Assembly (NCBI RefSeq): GCF_000008625.1
Contig: NC_000918.1
Span: forward strand, 270,001 to 302,000
DNA: 32,000 bases
From: Aquifex aeolicus VF5
GTDB lineage: Bacteria > Aquificota > Aquificia > Aquificales > Aquificaceae
Reading direction: 5' to 3'
The notes under the pieces: generated by a model
Databases searched by the model: none
The model's input: the letters and a program-made list of their open reading frames with translations, nothing else
Told to the model about the DNA's origin: nothing
Made by a program: the position numbers and the translations under genes
Shown: piece after piece, positions 17,210 through 24,815 of the stretch
Layout: each line of letters opens with the position of its first letter
Numbering within the stretch: position 1 is the first letter of the stretch

Positions 17210-17459
17210 GGAGTTCAATCTCGCCTTTCCTGTAAATCCTCACCCTCACGTTGTACTCTTTCAGTTCCTTTTTCTCCACCTTCACCCCTTCCGTAGAGCC
17301 AAGCTTTACCTTTGAGTCCAAAACCCTGAAAGCCTCCCATTCCTCCTTTAAGTTCTGAAGGTAAGCGGAACTCTGGGAAAAGAGCGAAAAGATTACGGTG
17401 AGGGAAATGCCCAGGATAGTTAAAGCTATAAGAACCTCAAGAAGGGTAAACGCCCTCAA
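17196..17459 (-). CDS. Small type II secretion/type IV pilin-like pseudopilin (GspH/I/J type)
   Basis: MRAFTLLEVLIALTILGISLTVIF prepilin N-terminus, in tandem with gspG. Confidence 0.75.
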   Translation of the reverse strand: MRAFTLLEVLIALTILGISLTVIFSLFSQSSAYLQNLKEEWEAFRVLDSKVKLGSTEGVKVEKKELKEYNVRVRIYRKGEIELLTVE

Positions 17460-17857
17460 AGGTCCCAGACGCTTATGTCGTCTTCCGTTCCCTCAATGCC
17501 GTCTGGTCCCACCGATTTAAGCTCATAGGGTTTATTACCCGCGGGGGAGACGTAAATAAAGTCGTTTCCCCACGCGTCTTTCGGAACTTTTTCCATGTAC
17601 TGCTTCCAGTTTTTGGGCTCCGGGGGAGTGGTAGGCTTTTCCACGAGGGCTTTCAGCCCTTGCTCCGTGGTGGGATAAAAGCCGTTGTCCAGTTTGAACT
17701 GCTCCAGAGCGTTCTTTACAGCCTTTAACTGAAGCTTTGTGGACTCTATCCTCGCCTCATCCACCCTTCCCGTGAGTTTGGGAACTATGAGGGCGGCGAG
17801 GAGCCCGAGAATAATGAGAACTACGAGAACCTCTATTAAAGTAAATCCCCTTCTCAT
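17456..17857 (-). CDS. gspG: Type II secretion major pseudopilin GspG
   Basis: MRRGFTLIEVLVVLIILGLLAALIVPKL...TTEQGLKALV...WGNDFIYVSPG..YELKSVGPDGIEGTEDDISVW. Confidence 0.95.
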   Translation of the reverse strand: MRRGFTLIEVLVVLIILGLLAALIVPKLTGRVDEARIESTKLQLKAVKNALEQFKLDNGFYPTTEQGLKALVEKPTTPPEPKNWKQYMEKVPKDAWGNDFIYVSPAGNKPYELKSVGPDGIEGTEDDISVWDL

Positions 17858-18189
17858 TACACCATCCTTAAAAGTCTCTTTATGGCCTGCTCAACCATTT
17901 CCTCGGTGGGAATAAAGTCGTGGCGGTCGAGCTCCATCGTGTCCCTGAAGTAAAGAATCGCCGGGAAGTTAAAAATACCGAAGTCTTCAAAGGAAGTGTT
18001 CTTCGTGACGTCCATGTAAAAGAAGTCTATTTTGTCCCCGTATAGTTTCTGGTACTTTTCGAGTATGGGCTTTATCTGCTCGTTTGCCGGGTTGTTCGGG
18101 TCCGTAAAAACAACAACGGAAGGTTTAGGGTTCATCATAACAGCCTTGTAAAAGTCTTTATCGGTAACCTCCTTAAAGCCTTCAAACAT
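17857..18189 (-). CDS. Thioredoxin-fold-like protein without catalytic cysteines
   Basis: PSVVVFTDPNNPANEQIKPILEKYQKLYGDKIDFFYMDVTKN...FNFPAILYFRD resembles a thioredoxin with the CxxC replaced. Confidence 0.65.
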   Translation of the reverse strand: MFEGFKEVTDKDFYKAVMMNPKPSVVVFTDPNNPANEQIKPILEKYQKLYGDKIDFFYMDVTKNTSFEDFGIFNFPAILYFRDTMELDRHDFIPTEEMVEQAIKRLLRMV

Positions 18190-18536
18190 TACGTACCTCC
18201 TTCGTTTTCTTCTTCGTCTTCATCAAATTCTATAAAGTATCCGCCGAAAGACCCTCTTGCGTTCAAGGCGGTCAATTTCAAAGCGTTCAGATAATTAATT
18301 ATGTCTTCGTACTTCTTTATAGAGTTCTTTACTTTCCTGTACTCTTTAGGGCTCAACCTTTTGTTCCTCAGTATATTCCTTAAAGCTATCCTCGTGAGGT
18401 TTGCCCTGTTGAACTTTTCCTGCCACTCTTTCCAGAACTCTTTGGAGTTGAGCGGTGCGGAGATGTTGTAGAAGTCTATCTCGGAGAGTTCTCTGATAAG
18501 TTCTAATTCAAGGTTATTTTTTCTGAATCTTTTCAT
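18189..18536 (-). CDS. Hypothetical protein, 115 aa
   Basis: ORF tightly packed with the upstream and downstream genes on the same strand. Confidence 0.7.
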   Translation of the reverse strand: MKRFRKNNLELELIRELSEIDFYNISAPLNSKEFWKEWQEKFNRANLTRIALRNILRNKRLSPKEYRKVKNSIKKYEDIINYLNALKLTALNARGSFGGYFIEFDEDEEENEGGT

Positions 18537-18543
18537 AAGTAAT

Positions 18544-18561
18544 TATTCTATATCTAGAATA
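18544..18561. promoter_or_regulatory. 18-bp inverted repeat containing opposed -10-like elements (candidate symmetric bidirectional promoter)
   Basis: TATTCTA-TATC-TAGAATA. TAGAAT on + ends 7 nt before the ATG at 18568; TAGAAT on - ends 8 nt before the ATG at 18536. Confidence 0.55.
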
Positions 18562-18567
18562 GTTTTT

Positions 18568-19689
18568 ATGGACAGGCTTGAAAAAGTATCACCCTTCATA
18601 GTAATGGATATCCTAGCTCAGGCCCAGAAGTACGAAGACGTAGTACACATGGAGATAGGAGAGCCCGATTTAGAACCGTCTCCCAAGGTAATGGAAGCTC
18701 TGGAACGTGCGGTGAAGGAAAAGACGTTCTTCTACACCCCTGCTCTGGGACTCTGGGAACTCAGGGAAAGGATATCGGAGTTTTACAGGAAAAAGTACAG
18801 CGTTGAAGTTTCTCCAGAGAGAGTCATCGTAACTACCGGAACTTCGGGAGCGTTTCTCGTAGCCTACGCCGTAACACTAAATGCGGGAGAGAAGATAATC
18901 CTCCCAGACCCCTCTTACCCCTGTTACAAAAACTTTGCCTACCTCTTAGACGCTCAGCCGGTTTTCGTAAACGTTGACAAGGAAACGAATTACGAAGTAA
19001 GGAAAGAGATGATAGAAGACATTGATGCGAAAGCCCTTCACATTTCCTCGCCTCAAAACCCTACGGGCACACTCTACTCACCTGAAACCCTGAAGGAACT
19101 TGCGGAGTACTGCGAAGAGAAGGGTATGTACTTCATATCCGACGAGATTTACCACGGACTCGTTTACGAAGGTAGGGAGCACACAGCACTTGAGTTCTCT
19201 GACAGGGCTATTGTCATAAACGGGTTTTCTAAGTACTTCTGTATGCCAGGTTTCAGGATAGGGTGGATGATAGTTCCGGAAGAACTCGTGAGAAAGGCGG
19301 AAATAGTAATTCAGAACGTATTTATATCTGCCCCGACGCTCAGTCAGTACGCCGCCCTTGAGGCTTTTGATTACGAGTATTTGGAGAAGGTAAGAAAAAC
19401 CTTTGAAGAGAGGAGGAACTTCCTTTATGGGGAACTGAAAAAACTCTTCAAGATAGACGCGAAACCTCAGGGAGCTTTTTACGTATGGGCAAACATAAGT
19501 GATTACTCCACAGATAGCTACGAATTTGCTTTAAAACTTTTAAGGGAGGCGAGGGTGGCGGTAACGCCCGGGGTGGACTTTGGAAAAAACAAAACGAAGG
19601 AGTATATAAGGTTTGCTTATACGAGAAAGATAGAAGAACTTAAGGAGGGCGTTGAAAGGATAAAGAAGTTCTTAGAGAAGCTTAGCTGA
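18568..19689 (+). CDS. Class I pyridoxal-phosphate aminotransferase (aspartate aminotransferase-like)
   Basis: IGEPDLEPSP, TTGTSGAFLVAY, SSPQNPTGTLYSPETL, NGFSKYFCMPGFRIGWMI, QGAFYVWANISDY. Confidence 0.93.
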   Translation: MDRLEKVSPFIVMDILAQAQKYEDVVHMEIGEPDLEPSPKVMEALERAVKEKTFFYTPALGLWELRERISEFYRKKYSVEVSPERVIVTTGTSGAFLVAYAVTLNAGEKIILPDPSYPCYKNFAYLLDAQPVFVNVDKETNYEVRKEMIEDIDAKALHISSPQNPTGTLYSPETLKELAEYCEEKGMYFISDEIYHGLVYEGREHTALEFSDRAIVINGFSKYFCMPGFRIGWMIVPEELVRKAEIVIQNVFISAPTLSQYAALEAFDYEYLEKVRKTFEERRNFLYGELKKLFKIDAKPQGAFYVWANISDYSTDSYEFALKLLREARVAVTPGVDFGKNKTKEYIRFAYTRKIEELKEGVERIKKFLEKLS

Positions 19690-19704
19690 TCTAAAATACT
19701 CTCT

Positions 19705-20040
19705 ATGGAAGAAAAGGCTTTAATAGGGATAGAAGACTTTTTAAAAGTAGATCTCAGAGTAGCAAAGGTTCTGTCCGCCGAAAGGGTAGAGGGTTCCGAA
19801 AAGCTCCTGAAGCTCACACTTTCCTTGGGAGATGAAGAGAGGACGGTTGTCGCAGGTATAGCGAAGTACTACACACCCGAGGAACTCGTAGGGAAGAAAA
19901 TCGTTATAGTTGCAAACTTAAAACCAAGAAAGATTTTCGGTATAGAGTCCCAAGGAATGATACTCGCCGCATCGGACGGAGAGAACCTCTCCGTTATAGT
20001 TCCCGACAGGGACGTGAAGGAGGGGGCTAAACTCAGTTGA
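19705..20040 (+). CDS. Structure-specific tRNA-binding protein, Trbp111/MetRS-beta-like
   Basis: 111 aa EMAP/OB-fold: [78 protein letters not shown]. Confidence 0.93.
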
Positions 20041-20654
20041 AGTACTTCCACTTCACTGAAGAACACCCCTTTTCCCTTGTTCTCCCCTTAATAGAGGAGG
20101 GAAAGTTAGACCCCTGGGAGGTGGACATAGTAGAGCTCGCAAACCTCTACATGGAAGAATTAAAAAAACTAGAAGTTCTGGACCTGCGTGTGCCTGCGAG
20201 GGCTATCCTCGCCGCTTCGTTTTTGCTCAGGAAGAAGATAGAAACGATATTCCCAAAACCTCCGAGAAAGTACACAAAAAGGAAGTACACGCTACAGGAA
20301 ATAGTTGATATGTTCGAAGAAGAGTACAGGGAAGTGGAGGAAGATATAAAGGAAAACGTTGAAAAGATAAGGAAGATAGTAAAGAGGAAAAGGGCAAGTG
20401 CAAAAAGAAAAAGGAGGGAAAAGAGAAAGGAAGTTCCCCTGCACGTTGCGAAGTTTGAAGAAGTTCTAGAAGAGCTTTGGAACTCCTTCAAGGAACTGGA
20501 AGTGGGAACGAGGCTGAGTTTTTTTAATTTTTTAAGCAAGAAGGATTTAGTTCCTCAGTTTATGGCACTCCTTTATCTCGACTACGAGAGTAAAGTAAGA
20601 CTCTTTCAGGAAAAGCCTTTTGAAGACATAACTGTGGAGATATTAAAAACCTAG
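20037..20654 (+). CDS. scpA: Segregation and condensation protein A
   Basis: [35 protein letters not shown]...[19 protein letters not shown] kleisin N-terminal pattern, winged-helix-like C-terminus. Confidence 0.88.
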   Translation: MKYFHFTEEHPFSLVLPLIEEGKLDPWEVDIVELANLYMEELKKLEVLDLRVPARAILAASFLLRKKIETIFPKPPRKYTKRKYTLQEIVDMFEEEYREVEEDIKENVEKIRKIVKRKRASAKRKRREKRKEVPLHVAKFEEVLEELWNSFKELEVGTRLSFFNFLSKKDLVPQFMALLYLDYESKVRLFQEKPFEDITVEILKT

Positions 20655-21701
20655 AACCTTTACTACCTCGTCAAAATCCGGAGGTACTGTTATAGGTTCT
20701 TCACAAACTTTTATAGCGGTATCGGGGTCCTTTAAACCGTTTCCGGTAAGTGTACACGTTACCACTTCTCCGCCTTTAAAAAAGCCTTCCCTTACGAGTT
20801 TTATCAACCCTGCCACGCTCGCGGCAGAAGCAGGCTCGCAGAAAACACCTTCCGTTGAGGCGATGAGTTTGTAAGCATAAAGGATTTCGCTGTCACTTAC
20901 CGCATCTATTTTCCCACCACTCTCCTGAGCGGCTTTCAGGGCAGACTTCCAGCTGTAGGGATTTCCTATCTTTATAGCCGTAGCTATGGTCTGGGGATTT
21001 TTAATCGGGTAGCCCTTCACTATAGGAGCAGCACCTTCCGCTTGCCAGCCCATCATCCTAGGGAGTTTCGTTATTTTCCCCTCCTCGTAATAAATCTTAA
21101 AGCCCTTCCAGTAGGCGGTTATGTTTCCTGCGTTCCCGACTGGGATAAAGTGATAATCTGGAGCCTCTCCCAAGGTATCGCATATCTCAAAAGCGGCTGT
21201 CTTTTGCCCCTCTATTCTATAGGGGTTGACCGAGTTCACAATTTCCACGGGAAAATTTTCACCTATTTTTCTCACTATGTTCAGGGCATCGTCAAAAGTT
21301 CCTTGAATGGCGAGGACTTTAGCCCCGTAAATCATAGCCTGAGAGAGCTTTCCTATGGCGACAGCACCCTTGGGTAGCAGAACGTAAGCCCTGAGTCCAG
21401 CCCTTGCAGCGTAAGCCGCGGCGGAAGCGGAGGTGTTTCCCGTGGATGCACATATCACCGCTCTTTTACCCGCTTCCACTGCTTTCGAAATGGCAAGGGT
21501 CATCCCCCTATCTTTAAAAGAACCAGTCGGATTTAGTCCTTCGTACTTCAGATAAATCTTTCCTTTAAAACCTATCGCCCTTGCGAGGTTGTCCGCCTCT
21601 ATGAGAGGAGTGTTACCTTCGTAGAGGGTTACGATGGGTGTGTTTTCGTCAACGGGGAGGTACTTTTTATACTGTTTAATTATTCCTTGCCACCGATTCA
21701 T
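20643..21701 (-). CDS. thrC: Threonine synthase
   Basis: EGNTPLIEADNLA, YEGLNPTGSFKDRGMTLAISKA, CASTGNTSASAAAYAARAGL, VGNAGNITAYWKGF, EPASAASVAG. Confidence 0.96.
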   Translation of the reverse strand: MNRWQGIIKQYKKYLPVDENTPIVTLYEGNTPLIEADNLARAIGFKGKIYLKYEGLNPTGSFKDRGMTLAISKAVEAGKRAVICASTGNTSASAAAYAARAGLRAYVLLPKGAVAIGKLSQAMIYGAKVLAIQGTFDDALNIVRKIGENFPVEIVNSVNPYRIEGQKTAAFEICDTLGEAPDYHFIPVGNAGNITAYWKGFKIYYEEGKITKLPRMMGWQAEGAAPIVKGYPIKNPQTIATAIKIGNPYSWKSALKAAQESGGKIDAVSDSEILYAYKLIASTEGVFCEPASAASVAGLIKLVREGFFKGGEVVTCTLTGNGLKDPDTAIKVCEEPITVPPDFDEVVKVLGF

Positions 21702-21727
21702 AAAAACTATTTTCTCACGTATACTCT

Positions 21728-22093
21728 TTATTTCCAGTAATTTTCTAAAAGGTCGTAAAACTTATTCACCGATTTCTTGACTAGGAAGTAAGCCTCTCGC
21801 TTGTTTTGAAGTCCGAAGTCCTTCTTCACAGTGTCCAGAGAAGCGTCGTAGTACCTCTTCTTTATAACTGTTCTGTAGGGCTCTTCCATCATGTCTATGA
21901 TCCTCTCCACGTCTACGGTGTATATCACGTATCTTGTGAATTTGGCCTCCTTGTTTGGTAATTTTTTCTTCCTCGAGAGTGCGTTAACCATACTGCCTTT
22001 AGAGAGTCCGGATATAAACTTCGCCTCCTCAGCCACCTCGTACTTATCCATAACTTGGCGCACTACGCTCAGCTTGTACTCAAATAGATTCAT
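21728..22093 (-). CDS. Hypothetical protein with candidate HTH, sigma-region-4/ArpU-like arrangement
   Basis: C-terminal half YRTVIKKRYYDASLDTVKKDFGLQNKREAYFLVKKSVNKFYDLLE resembles ECF/RinA-type HTH. Weak assignment. Confidence 0.55.
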   Translation of the reverse strand: MNLFEYKLSVVRQVMDKYEVAEEAKFISGLSKGSMVNALSRKKKLPNKEAKFTRYVIYTVDVERIIDMMEEPYRTVIKKRYYDASLDTVKKDFGLQNKREAYFLVKKSVNKFYDLLENYWK

Positions 22094-22110
22094 TACTTCC
22101 CTCCCTGTTC

Positions 22111-22557
22111 TCAGATTTCTCTCGAATCTATTATAATGGTCACGGGTCCCCAGTTTTCTATAAAAACGTCCATCATAGCCCCGAAAATACCCGTTTCTAC
22201 TTTAAGCCCGCTTTCTTTTATTTTATCCACGAATTTTTCGTAGAGTTCTTTTGCTCTCTTAGGCTCTTCGGCCTCTTCGAAACTGGGTCTCCTTCCCTTC
22301 TTTACGTTGGCGTACAGCGTAAACTGAGAAACCACTAGGATTTCGCCTTTTATATCGAGCACGGAGTACTGAAACTTTCCCCTTTCGTCCTCAAATATCC
22401 TGAGGTTAAGTATCTTATTTACGAGTTTCTCTATATCCTCTTCGGTATCGCCTTTCCTAACGCCGAGGAAAACGTTCAATCCCTCGTTTATGCTCCCCAC
22501 TACCTTCCCGTCCACTTCCACCCAGCTCTTTTTAACTCTCTGAATTACCGCTCTCAT
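22111..22557 (-). CDS. dtd: D-aminoacyl-tRNA deacylase
   Basis: [68 protein letters not shown] (mutated-looking NxGP variant still recognisable). Confidence 0.96.
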
Positions 22558-22558
22558 A

Positions 22559-22801
22559 TTACCAGACCACTATTTTATCCGCCTCTTCTATTAGTTTAAT
22601 GATATCTTTGTAGCTTATAAGGACCTCTTCCTTGAACTTTAATCCTCTCGCTTCGGCATCCTCTTTACAAACGTACCACCCCTCCCTGGAAGGGTACCTC
22701 AGGACTCCGTCCTGAATCAAAACCACTACATCGTCCTCGCCGAGGTAATCCGAGGAAAAGTCTCCCAGTTTCCTCACGAGCCAAAGCGTTTTAACACCCA
22801 T
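22559..22801 (-). CDS. DsrH/TusB-like small protein
   Basis: 80 aa; [13 protein letters not shown]...[38 protein letters not shown] matches the DsrH/TusB pattern (lxxDGV, KxDxxARG, terminal W). Confidence 0.7.
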   Translation of the reverse strand: MGVKTLWLVRKLGDFSSDYLGEDDVVVLIQDGVLRYPSREGWYVCKEDAEARGLKFKEEVLISYKDIIKLIEEADKIVVW

Positions 22802-22807
22802 GGTAAA

Positions 22808-22813
22808 ATTCTA
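22808..22813 (-). promoter_or_regulatory. -10-like TAGAAT 6 nt upstream of the DsrH-like ATG
   Basis: Minus strand TTGGTAGAATTTTACCATG. Confidence 0.4.
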
Positions 22814-22831
22814 CCAAGGGGTGGATAAAGT

Positions 22832-23572
22832 GTGGAACTAGATAAATACTTAGTTTTAGGTTTTGCAACTCTTTACGCACTCTTTATGTTGCTCACGAAA
22901 GACATCTTCGTTAAGTACCTGTCCTCCCTTTACGCGGTTTCCTTTATGCTCATTTACATGTCTTACTACCTCGAGGGTGTTAACTTTCCCAGACTTTACG
23001 TTTACGGATTCAGGGTTGTCGGGTTTATAATGCTCGCTTACACTTTCTTCGAGAATTATAAACTTATAAAACTCCTCAGAAATCTGGAAAAGAGAACGTA
23101 CATAGATTCTTTAACGGGTGTTTACAACAGGAAGTTTCTCGAGGAGATTTTTAAGCTCGAGAAGGAAAAGTACAGGACTTTCAGGAAGGAGTTCTGCATA
23201 ATTTTCATAGATCTTGATAACTTCAAGGAAGTCAACGACAGGTACGGACACATGGAGGGGGATAAGGTTTTAAAACGGGTTGCCGAATTGATCAAGAAAA
23301 GCGTAAGGAAGGAAGATTACGTCATAAGGTACGGAGGGGACGAGTTCGTGATAATAACGGAGGCCCCGAGGGGAGACGTCCTGAGCATAATGTCAAGACT
23401 TCAGGACGTCATAAAGATAAAGTACAAGGAAGTTGAGGTAACAGCCTCTATAGGAAGTGCCTGCTTTCCGAACGACGGAAAAGAACTGGAAGAGCTGATA
23501 AAGAAAGCTGACGAAAGGATGTACAGAATTAAGAAGATGAAGAACGAACTACTCAAGCTTAATAAAGGGTAG
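22832..23572 (+). CDS. Membrane-anchored GGDEF-domain protein (putative diguanylate cyclase), GTG start
   Basis: N-terminal TM helices, DSLTGVYNRKFLEE, DLDNFKEVNDRYGHMEGD, IRYGGDEFVII. Confidence 0.93.
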   Translation: MELDKYLVLGFATLYALFMLLTKDIFVKYLSSLYAVSFMLIYMSYYLEGVNFPRLYVYGFRVVGFIMLAYTFFENYKLIKLLRNLEKRTYIDSLTGVYNRKFLEEIFKLEKEKYRTFRKEFCIIFIDLDNFKEVNDRYGHMEGDKVLKRVAELIKKSVRKEDYVIRYGGDEFVIITEAPRGDVLSIMSRLQDVIKIKYKEVEVTASIGSACFPNDGKELEELIKKADERMYRIKKMKNELLKLNKG

Positions 23573-24037
23573 TATTTCTTTAAGGTCTATGTACCTGTCG
23601 CAGGCATTCACAAGTTCTATGGAAGAGCTTTCCTTTGTGGAGACGCATATAACCTCTTTTCCGAAGTTTCTGAGTACGTAAACGAGCCTTTCAAAGTCGC
23701 TGTCCCCTGAACAGAGGATAGCCGTGTCGTAATTGTCCTTCGTGAGGAGCATGTCTATAGCTATGTCCACGTCAACGTCTCCCTTCAGGCTTCCGTCCTT
23801 GAGTTGTTTTACGGGTTTTTTCACTACGGTTATACCGCTGAAGGCAAGGAGTTTAAAAAACCTCTCCTGCTTTTCGTCCTCTTCCTTGTAGGCGAGGTAA
23901 AAGAAGGTGTTGTAAATGTCGTAAAACTGCTTAAAGTAATTGACGAACTTCACGATGTCTATCTTGGCGTTGAGGAAGTTCTTCTGGATAAAGTAGAGGT
24001 TCGTGCCGTCCACGAATATCGCGGCCCTCCTCCTCAT
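23549..24037 (-). CDS. NYN/LabA-like (PIN-like) putative RNase
   Basis: AAIFVDGTNLYF, DVDVDIAIDMLL, AILCSGDSDFERLVYVLRNFGKEVICVS. Start chosen at ATG 24037 (ATGA overlap with upstream ORF) rather than the track's 24100. Confidence 0.85.
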   Translation of the reverse strand: MRRRAAIFVDGTNLYFIQKNFLNAKIDIVKFVNYFKQFYDIYNTFFYLAYKEEDEKQERFFKLLAFSGITVVKKPVKQLKDGSLKGDVDVDIAIDMLLTKDNYDTAILCSGDSDFERLVYVLRNFGKEVICVSTKESSSIELVNACDRYIDLKEILPFIKLE

Positions 24038-24234
24038 TCCTCGTCTCCGACTACGTACCACACCCTTATCCCTGCGGAGACGTGTGCGTTTCTCTGCCAT
24101 ATCGTTTCCACGTTTATTACCTTGACCTTGTTTAACTTAATCCACTCGTTTACCTGCTTATCGAGGAGTTCCTCCAAAGTCTCGTCTATAAAAGGAGCGG
24201 TCTTTCTATAAAAATCTTTAAATCTTATTTCCAT
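24034..24234 (-). CDS. Small 66-aa protein, vaguely Cse60-like, translationally coupled to the NYN gene
   Basis: MEIRFKDFYRKTAPFIDETLEELLDKQVNEWIKLNKVKVINVETIWQRN...; stop overlaps the NYN start as ATGA; lies 13 bp downstream of grpE on the same strand. Confidence 0.7.
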   Translation of the reverse strand: MEIRFKDFYRKTAPFIDETLEELLDKQVNEWIKLNKVKVINVETIWQRNAHVSAGIRVWYVVGDEE

Positions 24235-24247
24235 GGCAAATACCCCT

Positions 24248-24796
24248 TTAAGTTATCTCTTCCCCTTCTTCTTCTTGAGGCGGAACAGCTACGGCTACCC
24301 TTGCGGGTCTGAGAACCTTGTCGTGTATGTAGTAGCCCTTTCTTATTACCTTTACGACGGTATTGGGCGGATACTGATCCGTTTCTACCTTTTCCACGGC
24401 TTCGGCGACGTAGGGATCAAACTCCTTTCCCTCAACCGGTATTTCCCTTATTCCGTACTTTTCGAATATCTTTTTCATTTCCGAGTAAATCATTTCAATA
24501 CCGAGGAGTATAGACTTCACGTCTTGTGCCTGCCTACCGTATTCCAGCGCCCTTTCGAAGTTGTCCATAACCTCAAGGAGGTCGTAGGCGAACTTCTCAT
24601 AGCAGAACTTCCTCTGTTCCTCTAAATCCCTTCTGTAGCGTTCTTTGAGGTAATCTATTTCCCTCTGGAGTTCGGCAACTCTCAGGTTTGAGTTCTTGGC
24701 GATTGTTTCAAGTTTTTGAATTTTTTCTTCGAGTTCTTTTTCCCTCTTTCTTAATTCTTCAAGTTCTTTTTCAATTTCTTTCTGATTTTTTTCCAT
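24248..24796 (-). CDS. grpE: Nucleotide exchange factor GrpE
   Basis: Coiled-coil N-terminus, RRDLEEQRKFCYEKFAYDLLEVMDNFERAL, VGC-like C-terminal VVKVIRKGYYIHDKVLRPARVAVA. Strong AGGAGG SD. Confidence 0.96.
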   Translation of the reverse strand: MEKNQKEIEKELEELRKREKELEEKIQKLETIAKNSNLRVAELQREIDYLKERYRRDLEEQRKFCYEKFAYDLLEVMDNFERALEYGRQAQDVKSILLGIEMIYSEMKKIFEKYGIREIPVEGKEFDPYVAEAVEKVETDQYPPNTVVKVIRKGYYIHDKVLRPARVAVAVPPQEEEGEEIT

Positions 24797-24815
24797 CTTC
24801 TTCCTCCTAGTTTAA

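Noticed and set aside
18544-18561. Inverted repeat as an intrinsic terminator
   Set aside because: AT-rich 7-bp arms between two divergently oriented genes; a promoter/operator explanation fits better than termination.
23549-24037. NYN protein as the Aquifex protein-only RNase P (HARP)
   Set aside because: It has the LabA/NYN-type motif order (VDGTNLYF...SGDSDF) and does not match the HARP N-terminus as I remember it. Only a superfamily-level relation is plausible.
24037-24100. N-terminal extension MAEKRTRLRRDKGVVRSRRRG of the NYN protein
   Set aside because: The extension overlaps the upstream 66-aa ORF. The ATGA coupled start just before RRRAAIFVDGTN is more typical.
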